57,502 bases of DNA, taken from assembly GCA_965140935.1 (NCBI GenBank), contig CBCSLL010000171.1:87492-144993 (forward strand), in the 5' to 3' direction. A model generated the notes under the pieces. It saw only the letters and a list, made by a program, of their open reading frames with translations, made no database searches and was not told the origin of the DNA. This DNA comes from Rotaria magnacalcarata. Taxonomy: Eukaryota. The translations under genes and the position numbers were made by a program. The stretch's first letter is position 1. Every line of letters begins with the position of its first letter. Shown one piece after another: positions 42,110-53,683 of this stretch.

Positions 42110-42728
42110 TTGAATTCCGTAAAACAATCATCTCAACAAAGAAAACGATCATCAAAGAAATCGTCAGTTTTATTCTGCTCAGATTCACATTGTGTTTCAA
42201 CATTTGTTGATATCAAAGAACTTGAACAACATTTAAAAACCAACCAACATGGATATTTCCAAGACAATGCTGACTTGCAAAGTCTTCCAATCATAGAAAA
42301 AGCAAAGATTTATTTTATTGGTCATCTTAAAGGTGGTTCCAATATCGCTAATTCAACTCCACACTCTACTACATCGTCTTCTACCTCATCGGTAACGAAA
42401 AAGTCTCGCCCTAATTCGATTTGGATTGCTCAAGGTTGGGCACAACAAAAACGCTCACTAAGAGTTTCGTTATCGATACAACAAACCAAATTCTTAGACC
42501 AATTGTATGAACGTGGCGAAGAATCAAAAAAAAGTCTACCCAGCTGCAGCAGCAGATTTAATGCGAACAGAAATTGATAAAAAGAATAATAAACTATTTC
42601 GTCCTTATCAATACTTGAATAAAAAACGAATTACAAATTATTTTTCGTCGAAAAAAAGAAAATCACTTCAACGTTCATCAAGTGCGGTTGATGAAGTAAG
42701 TATAAGTTTCACCAGCAAGCTGCTTTAA
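42110..42728 (+). CDS. ORFs downstream of the 39734-41631 exon. They contain a C2H2-like zinc-finger-like motif (FCSDSHCVSTFVDIKELEQHLKTNQH) and a basic, Ser-rich tail. They may be separate exons or a separate gene, and there is a frame change between 42110..42577 and 42507..42728.
   Basis: Open frames only. The C-x4-C-x12-H-x5-H spacing fits a C2H2/U1-type zinc finger. The next feature downstream is a telomeric-repeat hairpin at 42790. Confidence 0.3.
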
Positions 42729-42789
42729 AAATGCTGTCTACTTTTTATTGGAGGATCATCACGATGATGAAGATGAAGAAGCTGCTCTT

Positions 42790-42878
42790 GAGGGTGTGGG
42801 TGTGGGTGTGACTAGATCGATACTCGCATTCCAGTCCCATATGCCACAAACCCACACTCATACCCACACCCACACCCC
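42790..42878. repeat. Telomeric-repeat hairpin H4: gagggtgtgggtgtgggtgtg - 48-bp core (actagatcgatactcgcattccagtcccatatgccacaaacccacac) - tcatacccacacccacacccc.
   Basis: Read directly. The internal core is shared with H6 at 48290-48366. Confidence 0.8.
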
Positions 42879-43262
42879 AAATCAAGGATTACTTTTGATT
42901 TTTTTGTTGTAGTAATCGGTTATTAGTTTTTCCCCTTACTCTTTTATTCGTTAAAAAACTTGAACAAAAATAGTCGAGCACGGCGAATCCGAATCTGACT
43001 TCAATTATATTATCACTAATTATTAACTTATTACTAGTTAGTAGTTCACAAATACTACTTCTACGAGAAAGAGCTGAGCGAGTCCTCAGACGAGCGTTAC
43101 TTGTATTTATTTGTTAAATGAAAAGAAATGAATTAAATAAAAGAATTTGTTTTATTTTCACAAAATATTTATCATTGAAATTTAAAAAAATTGTACTATT
43201 TTCGGATGATTTATTTTTTTAATTAAAATTTGTGTTATTTTTGCAAATTTTAGTAGTAAAAC

Positions 43263-43336
43263 AGGGTGTGGGTGTCAGGGTGAGGGAGTCTTAATGAGAG
43301 ATTTGCATCCACTCGACACCCACACCCACACCTCAG
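43263..43336. repeat. Telomeric-repeat hairpin H5: agggtgtgggtgtcagggtgaggg ... cgacacccacacccacacctc.
   Basis: Inverted (GGGTGT)n/(ACACCC)n arms with a ~30-nt spacer. Confidence 0.7.
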
Positions 43337-44735
43337 GAATCGAATAGTAATTGTTTTTTTATTAAAGGCATTTTTCATATCGAAATCATTATGTCTTTCC
43401 CGAAGACTCTTTACAATTTGACTTGACTGATCGAATTAAGAAAAGAGGAGAATGAAGGATCATTTTCAGTACGTCTACTCTCAACAGTTATTTCTCGTTA
43501 AAAACAAATTAGGTTGAAGTGAAAACTATATGAACAGATAGAGAAATGTTTTGCCTATCCTGGATATCAAAAACTAATTCAAACGGACGTTATAAATAAA
43601 CGCTGTGAGTTTTTTCCTAAAAGAATAAAACTCGTGGCTGAATCAGGGTCAGTCACTCTACATGTTGATGTAATATTAAGAATAATAAATTCTAATAGAT
43701 ATTTTGCTGTGATACAGATTCTCATGATAGGTCTTCTATATTATTATCTGTATCTTAAATCCAGCAGTATTAATTAAAATAGTTCATACCGATTATTTCA
43801 ATTTTATACATACATGAAAACATCTTGAAAGTTTGGTTTATCATCCTCATGAAAATTAGCTAAAAAGGCTTATCAGCGTAGCCCCTTTGGGGCTAAAATA
43901 TGGAACTCACATATACTGTAACTGCTAGTAGATGATTTAATACAGCCTTATGTAATGAAACATGTTTCGAAGTTTGGATGAATTGAAATGAAATAGTAAA
44001 AAGTTATTGGAAAGAAAGATTAATTTGCTAACTAAGAAAAGTCAAGGTTGCTAAGAAAACATCAAATTTTGTTTAAAAATCAATTTCGATGTCGTTGGAC
44101 ATTTATTTTTTCGGTTTTTTTCGATTTTTATAATCATCAATGAGTGGGTGTATGTAAGAGGAGGGAAGGAACTTGAAAACTGTGACTTAAAACTTACACT
44201 CACTACTTTCTTCAAAAACATATGAGAGTTCCACAAAATAAAAAACAAACAGCTTGATGTATTACTTTCTCTTCTGCTCATCACCATATAAATTTTATTT
44301 ATTTATTCGAATATGATTCAATGCTTCATTATAAGTCAATGTCTCTTTTTGAACGATCCCACCGACTTGGAACCATTAAGAAGCGACTATCAATCTATAC
44401 GGTCCACAAATTTCAAGTATGACTTGCTTGTTTTCTTCATGGCCATCGCTCTATCGATGAATGCTTTACTGTTGTTATGTACAGTCCTTCTCACAAGAGT
44501 GCTTGTTTAAATAAAATTAAAAAGAAACGAAAGAAAAAGGGAGGCCAAACAGACAGAAACGAAATGTAAAACGTTGCTATGCAGGAAAATATAAAAAATG
44601 ACTCCTTCAAAAAAGATGCCACGCAAACATTGTCAGTTGTAAAGAATTCTTTCCAACAGTAACAACACATCATTGGTTTCGCCTATTTTGCCTTGGTAAG
44701 TAAATCTTGTGCATGATGCGAAGTGAAACAGAAAC

Positions 44736-44770
44736 ATATATATATATATATATATATAAATGTATATATG
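44736..44770. repeat. (TA)n microsatellite.
   Basis: Read directly. Confidence 0.9.
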
Positions 44771-44893
44771 ACAGGACTTAATTTTATTCATTCTATTTCG
44801 AGTTTCGAATATAAAATGTTTTTACGGTGTGTGTTTATCACTCGAAAAGATTAAATGTATGTTCACATCGAATTGCATATGAATGTAGACTGG

Positions 44894-44973
44894 GTCTCGA
44901 TAGCTTAGTTGATTAAAACGTCTGGCTAGTTACCAGAGTGGATACTACCTGGGTTCGATTCCCAGTCGAGGTT
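44894..44973 (+). tRNA. tRNA-like pol III gene with atypical features: an 11-nt variable region, a D-stem mismatch and G18-A19 in the D-loop. The anticodon loop is CTAGTTA, so the anticodon would be AGT (Thr) by position. It may be a diverged tRNA, a pseudogene or a tRNA-derived element.
   Basis: Acceptor GTCTCGA pairs with TCGAGGT (5 Watson-Crick + 2 G-U pairs). Anticodon stem TCTGG/CCAGA. T-arm CTGGG-TTCGATT-CCCAG gives a GGTTCGATTCC box-B-like element. The gene is followed directly by the T-rich run tcgTTTTcTTTTc at 44974-44986, consistent with a pol III terminator. Confidence 0.45.
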
Positions 44974-44986
44974 CGTTTTCTTTTCT
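44974..44986 (+). terminator. Oligo-T pol III terminator after the tRNA-like gene.
   Basis: TTTT then TTTT within 13 nt immediately 3' of the acceptor stem. Confidence 0.4.
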
Positions 44987-45410
44987 TTGTGTTCGTTCTT
45001 TCGTGTGATAAACACACGCCGTAAAAAATCATCTTTTATTCGAAATTCGAAACAGAATGAAACCGAAATTATTTTCAATGTTATATACTTAACAACGAGA
45101 CCTAGCTGCTAATCTACCTCGTTATTTTTATTCCGCTTTATTTAAAATAATGTAACAACGGTTTCAATGAGACCCCATTTAGAAAGCACTTATCCACCAG
45201 AAATGGACGGGTTTCAGGGAAATGGCCTGTAAAATTTGGCGATTTCTTCGTCTTTACGAGAAACCAGCTTTTCTTTTTAAAAGCATACCTCTGTGGGACT
45301 ATGGATAAGGTTCAAAGTGAAAACATTTCCACTCACACCCTCTAGTCGTGAATGGCTTGTTTTCTTTTGAACCATTTCTAGACTTTGAATTTGGAGGATT
45401 TTTTCTCTAA

Positions 45411-45878
45411 ATGGGTTGTAACCATGGTAAGTTTGTCACAACAGCAGTCGTTGTCAACCAAAGCAGTGCATCTCCTGCCATCGATATCCAGCACAACGAA
45501 CCACCAGTCGTAACAGGTGAAACTCGTTTCACCACAACAGCTGATAGTACAATCCTTATCAACGATGAAAAGATTAACCTTGAATCGCATCAGTTAGTAT
45601 GGTTAGATGAAAAGACAAGCGAGCAGATTAGTGAAAATATAGTTACCATTGAAAGTCTACGTAAAATTGTCGATTACACGAAGTTATTTGATAATGTTGA
45701 AGAATGTCGGCAGTACCTTGAGAATTCGAAAGATCATAATGACATATTCTTAGTAACGTCTGGTCAGTCAGGAGAGAAGTTGATACCTGAAGTTCATCGT
45801 CTTCAAAATGTGTTGTTAATCTATGTTTATTGTCAAGATAAAGAATATCATGAACAATGGGCATCAAAATATCAAAAG
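45411..45878 (+). CDS. Gene C exon 1: N-terminal MGC (potential N-myristoylation/palmitoylation) motif, then the shared N-terminal alpha/beta domain (LVWLD...IFLVTSG...VLLIYVYC).
   Basis: ATG at 45411 (MGCNHGKFVTT...). Donor AAG|GTAAAAG at 45879 is phase 0. Homologous to exon 1 of gene B. Confidence 0.7.
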
Positions 45879-45943
45879 GTAAAAGAGTTGTGAGCTTTCT
45901 TACGAGAGGGTGACTAGATCTCTTATATTCTGCATGCACACAG

Positions 45944-47869
45944 GTCAAGAAAGTTCATGGGATACTTGATCAATTATTAATGGAGCTTAGAGAAGACGTT
46001 CAAAATTATTCGAAATCTGTAAGAGGTGGCGTATCTAACACCCCGATGAAATCACAAAAAAGCACAGACGACAGTTTCGCCTGGTGCACAAGATTTTGTA
46101 ATATTTTGGTTCATCTGCCCTTTCCTCAAACTTGTCACGATAGACTTGTAAATTTCTTGAAAAACTATTATAAGAACAACGAAGTAGAATTGAAATATGT
46201 AGAAGAATTTCACCGTGACTACACACCAAAGCAAGCAATCTGGTGGTATACACGTGAAACATTTATTTATCGCATGCTTAACGCTGCCCTACGTCAATGC
46301 GACATTAAAACCATCGTTCTATTTGGGTTTTTCATTCAAGATGTATATCATCAATTGAAAGAAGAACATAAAAAGTTCCTACTTTTATACCCAAAAGATT
46401 CGATCATAAAATGTTATCGTGGGCAAGTAATGTCGTATCAAGAACTCCGCCAACTAGACTTCCAAGATGGAGGACCAAAAACAATCGTGAACACCAGTTT
46501 ATTTTCAACATCAATAAATCGCGATGTACCGTTCCGTTTTCTGTCTAATGTAATCAATCTACAACAGTTGGAATATGTCATTTTTGAAATTGAAGTCGAT
46601 ACTCGTTTGCAAACTCGACCCTTTGCTGATATTTCACATTTGAGTGCTTGCTCAGACGAATCTGAAATATTATTTATGATCGGCGCATGGCTTCTTATCG
46701 AAAGAAATGGTGTTTCGTACTCGTATGAAGACAATAAGAAAATTTGGACTATTAAGTCCACCCTAACCAACGACTGGCAACTGAAATACGAGCAATATCT
46801 CGAAATGACGACACAAAAGGAACATTTACAAAAGTGTCTCCGTAGAATATCTTTGCACATTTATCATGCGACACCCAATGACGTAGAGGTGGCTTTCAAC
46901 GAACTACTTGATTTATATCCGTCTGAAAGATGGATTTTAGCACTGAAGAAAGAAAGTCTTGGTGATAATCAAAGCGAAATAAGCCATAACCGTTCAGCCG
47001 CTTTAGAATATTATCAAAAAGCATTAGAAATCTGGTCTGAATACGTTAACGATGATGAATTGAATGCCGATTATGATATTGTTCGTATCTATTGGAAAAT
47101 TGCCACAAATAATGCAGATTCCATAATGGCTATGAAGTACAGTGATTTAGCCATTGTGCATAGCCAACCGGCGTTCGCAAAAGTTAGCACGAATTACGAA
47201 CGATATAGGTTACATGGATGGATGGCTGTTATATATAAAGAAAAAGCAAACATTAGCACTGGGGACAGCGAGAAATCAGAAAATTTGCTAGCGACCATCA
47301 AATACACCGAATTACAACTAAACAATCTGATCGAGTTGCAATGTACCACAGCGGTTGGCAACTATGACAATCTCACTGCTCTTTGTTACATAGAGTTAGG
47401 TGCCCTTTATCAATCCGTATTGAAATATAACGAAGCAATAACAAACTATGGAAAGGCTCTGGAATTTGAGCTGGCGAAGCTAGACCCTGATTATGAGAGA
47501 ATCGATCAACTTACTAGGGAATTAGTTGAAATTTACAGTGAAAAGAAAAATGATTATAATGCCGCATTTAAGTATGAATCATTAAACCATGAGTATTTAT
47601 TAAAACAATACATGGCAAATCCAACAAAGGATTATCTTCGCGAAGCCAATAGGAACTATACACTAGCCTGTAGTTACGCTGCCTTAGCTACGATTTGTCG
47701 GAAAATGCAGCGATATGATTTAGCGGCTGAAAATTTAACCAAAACAATCGAATCATATGGGAACAGTTTGCACTATGATAGGTACGCATTAATGTCAGCC
47801 CACGAAGATGATTTGATGGAAATAAACAAATTGTTAGCATCATCGAAGTCTGCAGAACCAACATCATAA
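45944..47869 (+). CDS. Gene C exon 2: arginine-type ADP-ribosyltransferase domain with an intact R/STS/ExE triad, followed by TPR repeats.
   Basis: Acceptor cacacAG at 45942-43. Motifs read AIWWYTRETFIYRMLNAAL, CYRGQ, SLFSTSINRD, RPFADISHLS and SDESEILF. TPR-like helices run across the C-terminal 330 aa (…SAALEYYQKALEIWSEY…LGALYQSVLKYNEAITNYGKALEFE…). Stop at 47867-47869. Confidence 0.8.
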   Translation, partial: VKKVHGILDQLLMELREDVQNYSKSVRGGVSNTPMKSQKSTDDSFAWCTRFCNILVHLPFPQTCHDRLVNFLKNYYKNNEVELKYVEEFHRDYTPKQAIWWYTRETFIYRMLNAALRQCDIKTIVLFGFFIQDVYHQLKEEHKKFLLLYPKDSIIKCYRGQVMSYQELRQLDFQDGGPKTIVNTSLFSTSINRDVPFRFLSNVINLQQLEYVIFEIEVDTRLQTRPFADISHLSACSDESEILFMIGAWLLIERNGVSYSYEDNKKIWTIKSTLTNDWQLKYEQYLEMTTQKEHLQKCLRRISLHIYHATPNDVEVAFNELLDLYPSERWILALKKESLGDNQSEISHNRSAALEYYQKALEIWSEYVNDDELNADYDIVRIYWKIATNNADSIMAMKYSDLAIVHSQPAFAKVSTNYERYRLHGWMAVIYKEKANISTGDSEKSENLLATIKYTELQLNNLIELQCTTAVGNYDNLTALCYIELGALYQSVLKYNEAITNYGKALEFELAKLDPDYERIDQLTRELVEIYSEKKNDYNAAFKYESLNHEYLLKQYMANPTKDYLREANRNYTLACSYAALATICRKMQRYDLAAENLTKTIESYGNSLHYDRYALMSAHEDDLMEINKLLASSKSAEPTS

Positions 47870-48289
47870 ACGACGAAGACGGGGTCAATCTAAAACAGAC
47901 TAAGCCTCCCAGGTGAATGAATCCGACAACGGATCTTATCGAATTCTATTCCACGTCGTCTATAACGATTGAATAACGGCGTTATTGCGCCGCTATTGCG
48001 ATCGCACTGTTACCCCTTTTAGCGTTTATAAGTTCCAGTTCCAGCTAAAAGGGCTTCCAGAAATAGTTTTTTTCAAATTCCAATTTATTTCGAAAAAAGA
48101 ATTCGAATTAATCGAAAGCAAAACTATATTAGAATTTATTTTCCGAATTATTATTTTTACAGCAACATCGTTAATAAAATATTTATCTCATAAATGGGAC
48201 TAATTTGAGATTTGTGGCTGCTACAGGCGGCTCAGGCACATCGATATTATCAGAGTGCATCGAATTCAAAACGATTCTGCCGATTTTAA

Positions 48290-48366
48290 GGGTGTGGGTG
48301 TGACTAGATCGATACTCGCATTCCAGTCCCATATGCCACAAACCCACACCCACACCCACACCCATG
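48290..48366. repeat. Telomeric-repeat hairpin H6: a near-identical copy of H4 (same 48-bp core) with a different repeat number in the arms.
   Basis: agggtgtgggtgtg-actagatcgatactcgcattccagtcccatatgccacaaacccacac-ccacacccacacccatg. Confidence 0.8.
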
Positions 48367-48549
48367 TTTAGGATATATTTTATTTCCTATTAAGAACTTT
48401 TCTTGGTTCATAGGAAAATAAAATACGTTGGTCAGCGAATTACCAATCCAAACGAAATTACTGGAATTTTTCTATACTACCATCTTCTATACTAACCAAT
48501 ATTTTTCTTTTTTCTATAAACTTCTCTTTTGCTTTTTGCCAATCATGTT

Positions 48550-48677
48550 TTCGACATTTTCCTTTTCGCTATTTTCCTCTTCGCTATTTTCCTCTTTCAT
48601 TTTTTTCTTTCGACATTTTCCTCTTTCATTTTTTTCTTTCGACATTTTCCTCTTTAAAATTTTTTCGACATTTTCCA
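48550..48677. repeat. Tandem repeat, ~4 copies of a ~27-bp T/C-rich unit (tttcgacattttcctctttcattttttc).
   Basis: Read directly. It generates the spurious low-complexity ORF 48428..48832. Confidence 0.75.
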
Positions 48678-49127
48678 CCAAGATCTATGTAAGTATGAGT
48701 CCAACGACATTTGTTCATGGTCAAACTCTTGATGAGTTTCGAGAAAAACGAAAACAAATGCTAGAAAATAGGTGTACTACGACACATTGGAGTACAGAAT
48801 TGGTTTTATCACGTAAGGGGTTCTTTTTTTGATGAAACATAATCTTGATATAACTTTTATCTCAAATTCTTTTCAGTTGGCAATCATACTGACCTACCTA
48901 AATTATCATTGGATAAGTTCGATGTCTATCAAAAAGCTTTAATTTTTGGTACCAACGACGAGAATGATTTTTGTCTTCCATAATTATAAACTATATCTAA
49001 TAAAAATTCGGAATTTTTCAATATAAATTTTATAGCTCGTCAATAATTTTGATCGATTAATGATTTCAAACTCAAACTAGAATTGATTTAGTAGAAATGA
49101 AAGCACTAAGACCAATCATAGATCTTG

Positions 49128-49186
49128 ACGGTGTGGGTGTCGGATAGTGTGCCAACTGCTATTATTGTCCATCCCCACACCCGTCA
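49128..49186. repeat. Telomeric-repeat hairpin H7: gacggtgtgggtgtcgg ... ccatccccacacccgtc. It directly abuts a 150-bp direct repeat.
   Basis: The inverted arms include the gacgg/ccgtc termini. Confidence 0.65.
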
Positions 49187-49335
49187 AATAATAGCTTCAC
49201 TAATCGATTTATTTAATTCAAATTCCTGGAAAGGTTTACCTGAATTAACAAATGCAAATAGAAAATTTTGTCCTTATTCATGTTTTATTCATTGTTGTTC
49301 TTGCGCAACTATTTTAAAAGCTTTTATATTCTATT
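49186..49335. repeat. Direct repeat copy 1 (~150 bp, ~90% identical to 51718-51865). It begins right at the end of hairpin H7.
   Basis: gtcaaataatagcttcactaatcgatttattta...aaattttgtccttattcatgtt...tgcgcaactattttaaaagc versus caaataatagcttcactaatcgatttatttattta...aaattttgtccttattcatgtt...tgtgcaactgttttagaagc. Confidence 0.75.
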
Positions 49336-50070
49336 TAGAATGTAATAATGGGTTGCTTATAACATCAGCATTTTTACACTAAATGTTAAAGTCTTTTCTA
49401 CTTGTTTAGAAGAATTAAATCTAATGTATCATCTAGCTGTATCTGAATTTTCAGTACTGGTATGTGATTTATATTAACACTATAATAATAGTGACATTGT
49501 ACTGCGACGTATATCACCAACTCATTCCGAATATGAAATGGTTGATGAACATACAATTCTCAAAGCACCACAGTAAATAAAGTTTCGATTCATTTTGCTG
49601 GTGCGCCTTTTAATTTAAATATAAAAATAATATCTATTTCGAAGTAGTTTTTCAAAAGTATCTGGTTTGTTGGTTTAGTATCTCTAATATTTTTCTCGAA
49701 CAATATTCGTTTGAGAACTCCAGTAAGTAATTTAAAATGATAGAAAAATTGACTGTTCTCCTTATACAACATCTGACAGCTACCGTTATCTATCGCATGA
49801 AACTTACGCTTTTTAGAAAAAAGTAATATAATTTAAAAATGTGTTGGCCTACTATAATTCCCGTCAGTTCTTTTTCGCGAGAAAAACATTGAAAAAAAAA
49901 GAAAATACTTTCATTAGTGGATTTCGACACCGATTGGAATTTGCTATGGCTTTTATCACTAGCTCGCACACACACTACTAGTAGTACCATATTAAAAATA
50001 CAAAACGTTGTTTGTGAGTGTCGTGTACTCGCGGTCTCATTTCTTTCTTTTGCAGTTGAACCATCATAGT

Positions 50071-51465
50071 ATGGAGGAAGATCTCAAGAATGATTTACCA
50101 AGTTCTCCGACTTTACTTTATTCAAGTACGACTTCAGTAAGTTCTTTTAGTGATACCATCACATTTTTCTTGTTAAGCGCATTTTCATTTTGGTTCCTTC
50201 AGTCTGAAGAAGAAATACCAATTCCGCGTCCTCGAAATTCATCTTTAGATATAACAACAACGTCTCCAACAACACTATCATCATATGCAATGTCGTTTTC
50301 TGAAACTAAAGAATTAAACAGTAAGAATATTTTCATCTTAATGTTTACTTTTTTTTGCATATAACTTGACGATTGCTGTTTGCTATTCATCTTATTTCAG
50401 AGGTAATATTACCGTATCCATTACGGCTGGATTCAAACTATATCTATCGAATCGGACTAAAACCTAATGAATTTATTCATTATTGTCAAACTGATCAAAT
50501 AGAATCAATGTTTGATGATCCGATGGACCTTATCGATAATTTTCTACAAGATCGTTTGAGAAAAGGTTTGGATATAGGCGTTCATCAAGAATGTTTAGAT
50601 CATTTAAATTATGTCAAACAAATCTACGATGATAATGAATCATTACTAGATTACGTTTATGATTATATTGAAGCACAAATTATGAAGCTGATCAATGCTC
50701 CTGGTTTTGAATCAGTACCTGATAATCAATGGTCTACAATTTTGTATCCTACATTTGACACATCAACATTAGCATCAATTGATTATTCCCTAAATGTTTA
50801 TATGAATCGGTCTGCTTTTAATCGGCGTACAACTAAAAATCTGAACGTGTTCGATTTATTAGCATCAATGCAAACAGAGGATGTTCGTAACATCCGTTTG
50901 TATCACGGTACAGATGTTGAAGCACTTAAGAAAATTTGTCAATATGGTATAAGTTTATACTCATCTCATCGTCTTGGAACTGATTTTGGCGCAGGATTCT
51001 ACGTAACAGATAATTTTGAAGGTGAGAGTCTGATTGTTGCTAATGGAGAAGTTCAAATTATTGTTCTTTTTAGACGCTGCACATATTGCAGCTTCAAAAG
51101 GAGCTCGTAATAAATTATTAGCGGGTATTATTTGTTTTCAACTTGCTGAATCTGAACTTAGTCAATTGAATATTCGAGATTTACCTGATACAATCGACAA
51201 TTCTGGTGATCCATTGTCATGGTCGAATTTTGTGAAGTTATGTCGAAGTCGCTACAATGAATGTCCACATAAATTTCGTTGTGACGCTTTACGTGGTCCA
51301 ATGTGCAACAATGCTGAAAAAGTTCGTTTATTTGAGAATGAACGACCACGGGCAAAGATTATCAACAATAGAAAAGTTACTCAAATATGCATTAAAAGTA
51401 CGCTTCTCTCATCAAAATTAGAAGCTGCAATTTTTGGATTATATATTTTTAATGCTGAATCATAA
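50071..51465 (+). CDS. Four-exon gene (50071-50136, 50203-50320, 50401-51021, 51074-51465). The protein is of unknown function and carries a candidate H-Y-E (diphtheria-toxin/PARP-type) ART-like motif set: RLYHGT ... GAGFYVTDNF ... (FQLAESE?).
   Basis: ATG at 50071; donors GTAAGT at 50137, GTAAGA at 50321 and GTGAGA at 51022; acceptors at 50201-02, 50399-400 and 51072-73; phases consistent (0/1/1). The H-G-T and G-x-G-F-Y spacing (~30 aa) resembles the H-G-S ... Y motifs of PARP/DT-type ARTs. The assignment is tentative. Confidence 0.55.
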
Positions 51466-51717
51466 TGTTTTTTTTTGTAAGTTTTTCCTAAAAAGTCATC
51501 TTGTATTTACTTCATTAGATGAGATATTTCAATAAAGTCATATTTAAAGGTTATACATTCTTGACTATATATTCTCTTTTTAAGTATTTTCTCATTATCT
51601 ATTATCATAATGGTTCTAAATGGATATGGTTAACTGGTCATTATTCAAGAGCAAAACTTTATTGGTAAAAAAAGCAAGATGATTGAATTATTCAAAACAA
51701 ACAATAAAACATGTTCG

Positions 51718-51865
51718 TCAAATAATAGCTTCACTAATCGATTTATTTATTTATTTCAAATTCCTGGAAATGTTTACCCGTATTAACAAATGCAGATAGA
51801 AAATTTTGTCCTTATTCATGTTTCATTCATTGTTGCTCTTGTGCAACTGTTTTAGAAGCTTTGTA
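51718..51865. repeat. Direct repeat copy 2. The pair brackets the 4-exon gene at 50071-51465.
   Basis: See copy 1. Confidence 0.75.
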
Positions 51866-53683
51866 TGATCTTATAAAAGCGTAAAACTTTATATTTTGAT
51901 TTTATTTAATAAAAACAAATTCTTATTGCAATTTTAATGTTAATTCCATTTTTTTCTTATTAAGTAAAAATTCGAAGTTATAGTAAAAAACAAATAAGTT
52001 CTAAGTTGTGATTAAATATTTATAAAGAAAAATATTTTTTGCTAAGTTGCCTTATTTATTTATGCTTATAATTGATTTTGTTAATAATACTACTTTTAAG
52101 TTTGTCTCTTTTGTTCGAAAATTTCCATTGTTTTATAGTTTCAGTTTTTTTTTTGTTCGAAAAGTCGTGCTAAGATATAAAAAAAACATTGACTTTTTGC
52201 AGCCTGTTCTGTTCTACTTGGTCAATAGAGCAACACAGAGCATAGTATGCTGTTCAATTAAACCTTATCTTTATCGTAATTTTCAATCTTTTTCAAAACA
52301 ATCTTTTATGAAATTCACGTACATTTTTAAAGAAAGATATAGTGCACAACTTTGAAAGTTCGATTTTCGACTCTCTTTCTCTTTTCTGTTACAGAAAGTA
52401 ACCAATTATTACTTGGAAACTATTAACTCATGAAAAGAAAGATTTTGAAAACAAAAGGAGACCCTAGTAAATATGGGGAAAAGTTTTTTAGCAGTGTAGA
52501 AATAAATTAGAAGGATTTTTTCTCTGGTGATCAATTAATTTAGCTTTGCTTCGAGGAAATGTTTTTTCATCTTACGCATTTTTTTCTATCTATCGAGGTT
52601 AAAAATATATTAGTGAAGTCCACATTTTTGCTCCAAACGGGCTGCGCTAAAATTTCTTTTTCATTCTATGATAGCAGATTGGTTTATTTGAGTTTCATTT
52701 TAGATGATATTAAATGAAATAGAGTGCTGCAAATATCAGCTTTACTGGAGAGTTTCAATTGAGAAAGAGTATTTTTGAAAATTTATATGAAGTTGATTTT
52801 ATATGACATAAATCATCTACAATGTGATCCAAAACAAATTAAAAGAAAGTATCTATTAAGTTTTGATAATATTGGAAGTAACTTGTAATATTCAAAAGAA
52901 CATCAACAGATCACCGATAATTGTTTTTGAGTTATTATTTTCACAATAAATTTTGAAGTTCTCTCGTAATAAAATATTTAATAATTAATCAACAACAGAT
53001 AAATTTAAAGGATTTGAAGCCAAATGGCTGTTGGAATACCATGAATTTGATCATAATAAAATACAAAAGCACACATTTTATTTTGTTGATGTATCTTCAA
53101 CTTTTTTGACATTTTCTTATGAAGCTGAATTTTGAAAGACATGAAAATTAATATTGATAAGATAAACGTGAGGTGTTGTTTACGAGCACATTGTTTTAAT
53201 ACATAGAATCGATTTCGATGTAATAAAAGTAAATATTAGATGGTGTTAAGTCACTAGTAAATTACAGCTATTGGAAAACTAGTCAAATTCGATGTGAGTT
53301 TTATTTCGTATGTATATGAAAGTTTGGGACAGTGGATTATTTTATTTGTAATTGTGATAGATAACAAATATAAGGTAATGAAAAGAAGAAAGACAAATAT
53401 AATCTCAGTATGTTGAAAAACGAAGCAGAAAATGGAGAAGAATCATCTATCGGTGCCATTAGTTTTCACGGGTTGATTTTCTATGAATCGAGTTAAGTTG
53501 ATAATAAATGAGTTTCTACTCTATTCACTTCAACACTAATTTTAGATTGTGTTCTATTAAAAAATCTATACGCCACTGGTTTTCACAGAACTCGATCTAT
53601 GAACTCAGTACTTTTTTCGTGAGCTGACCCCAGTAAACAGTATTTTTTCAGATGGACTTAGTCTTCTCATTGAAGATGTGGGT

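Larger units (their letters stand above)
44788..45060. repeat. Imperfect inverted repeat (arms ~44788-44849 and ~44998-45060, ~85% complementary) whose spacer contains the tRNA-like gene.
   Basis: tcattctatttcgagtttcgaatataaaatgtttttacggtgtgtgtttatcactcgaaa matches the reverse complement of the downstream gttcgttctttcgtgtgataaacacacgccgtaaaaaatcatcttttattcgaaattcgaaacagaatga. Confidence 0.65.

Noticed and set aside
48428-48832. ORF 48428..48832 (134 aa, Phe/Ser-rich), and ORFs 33394..33603 and 33401..33616.
   Set aside because: These are translations of tandem or low-complexity T/C-rich repeats, not proteins.
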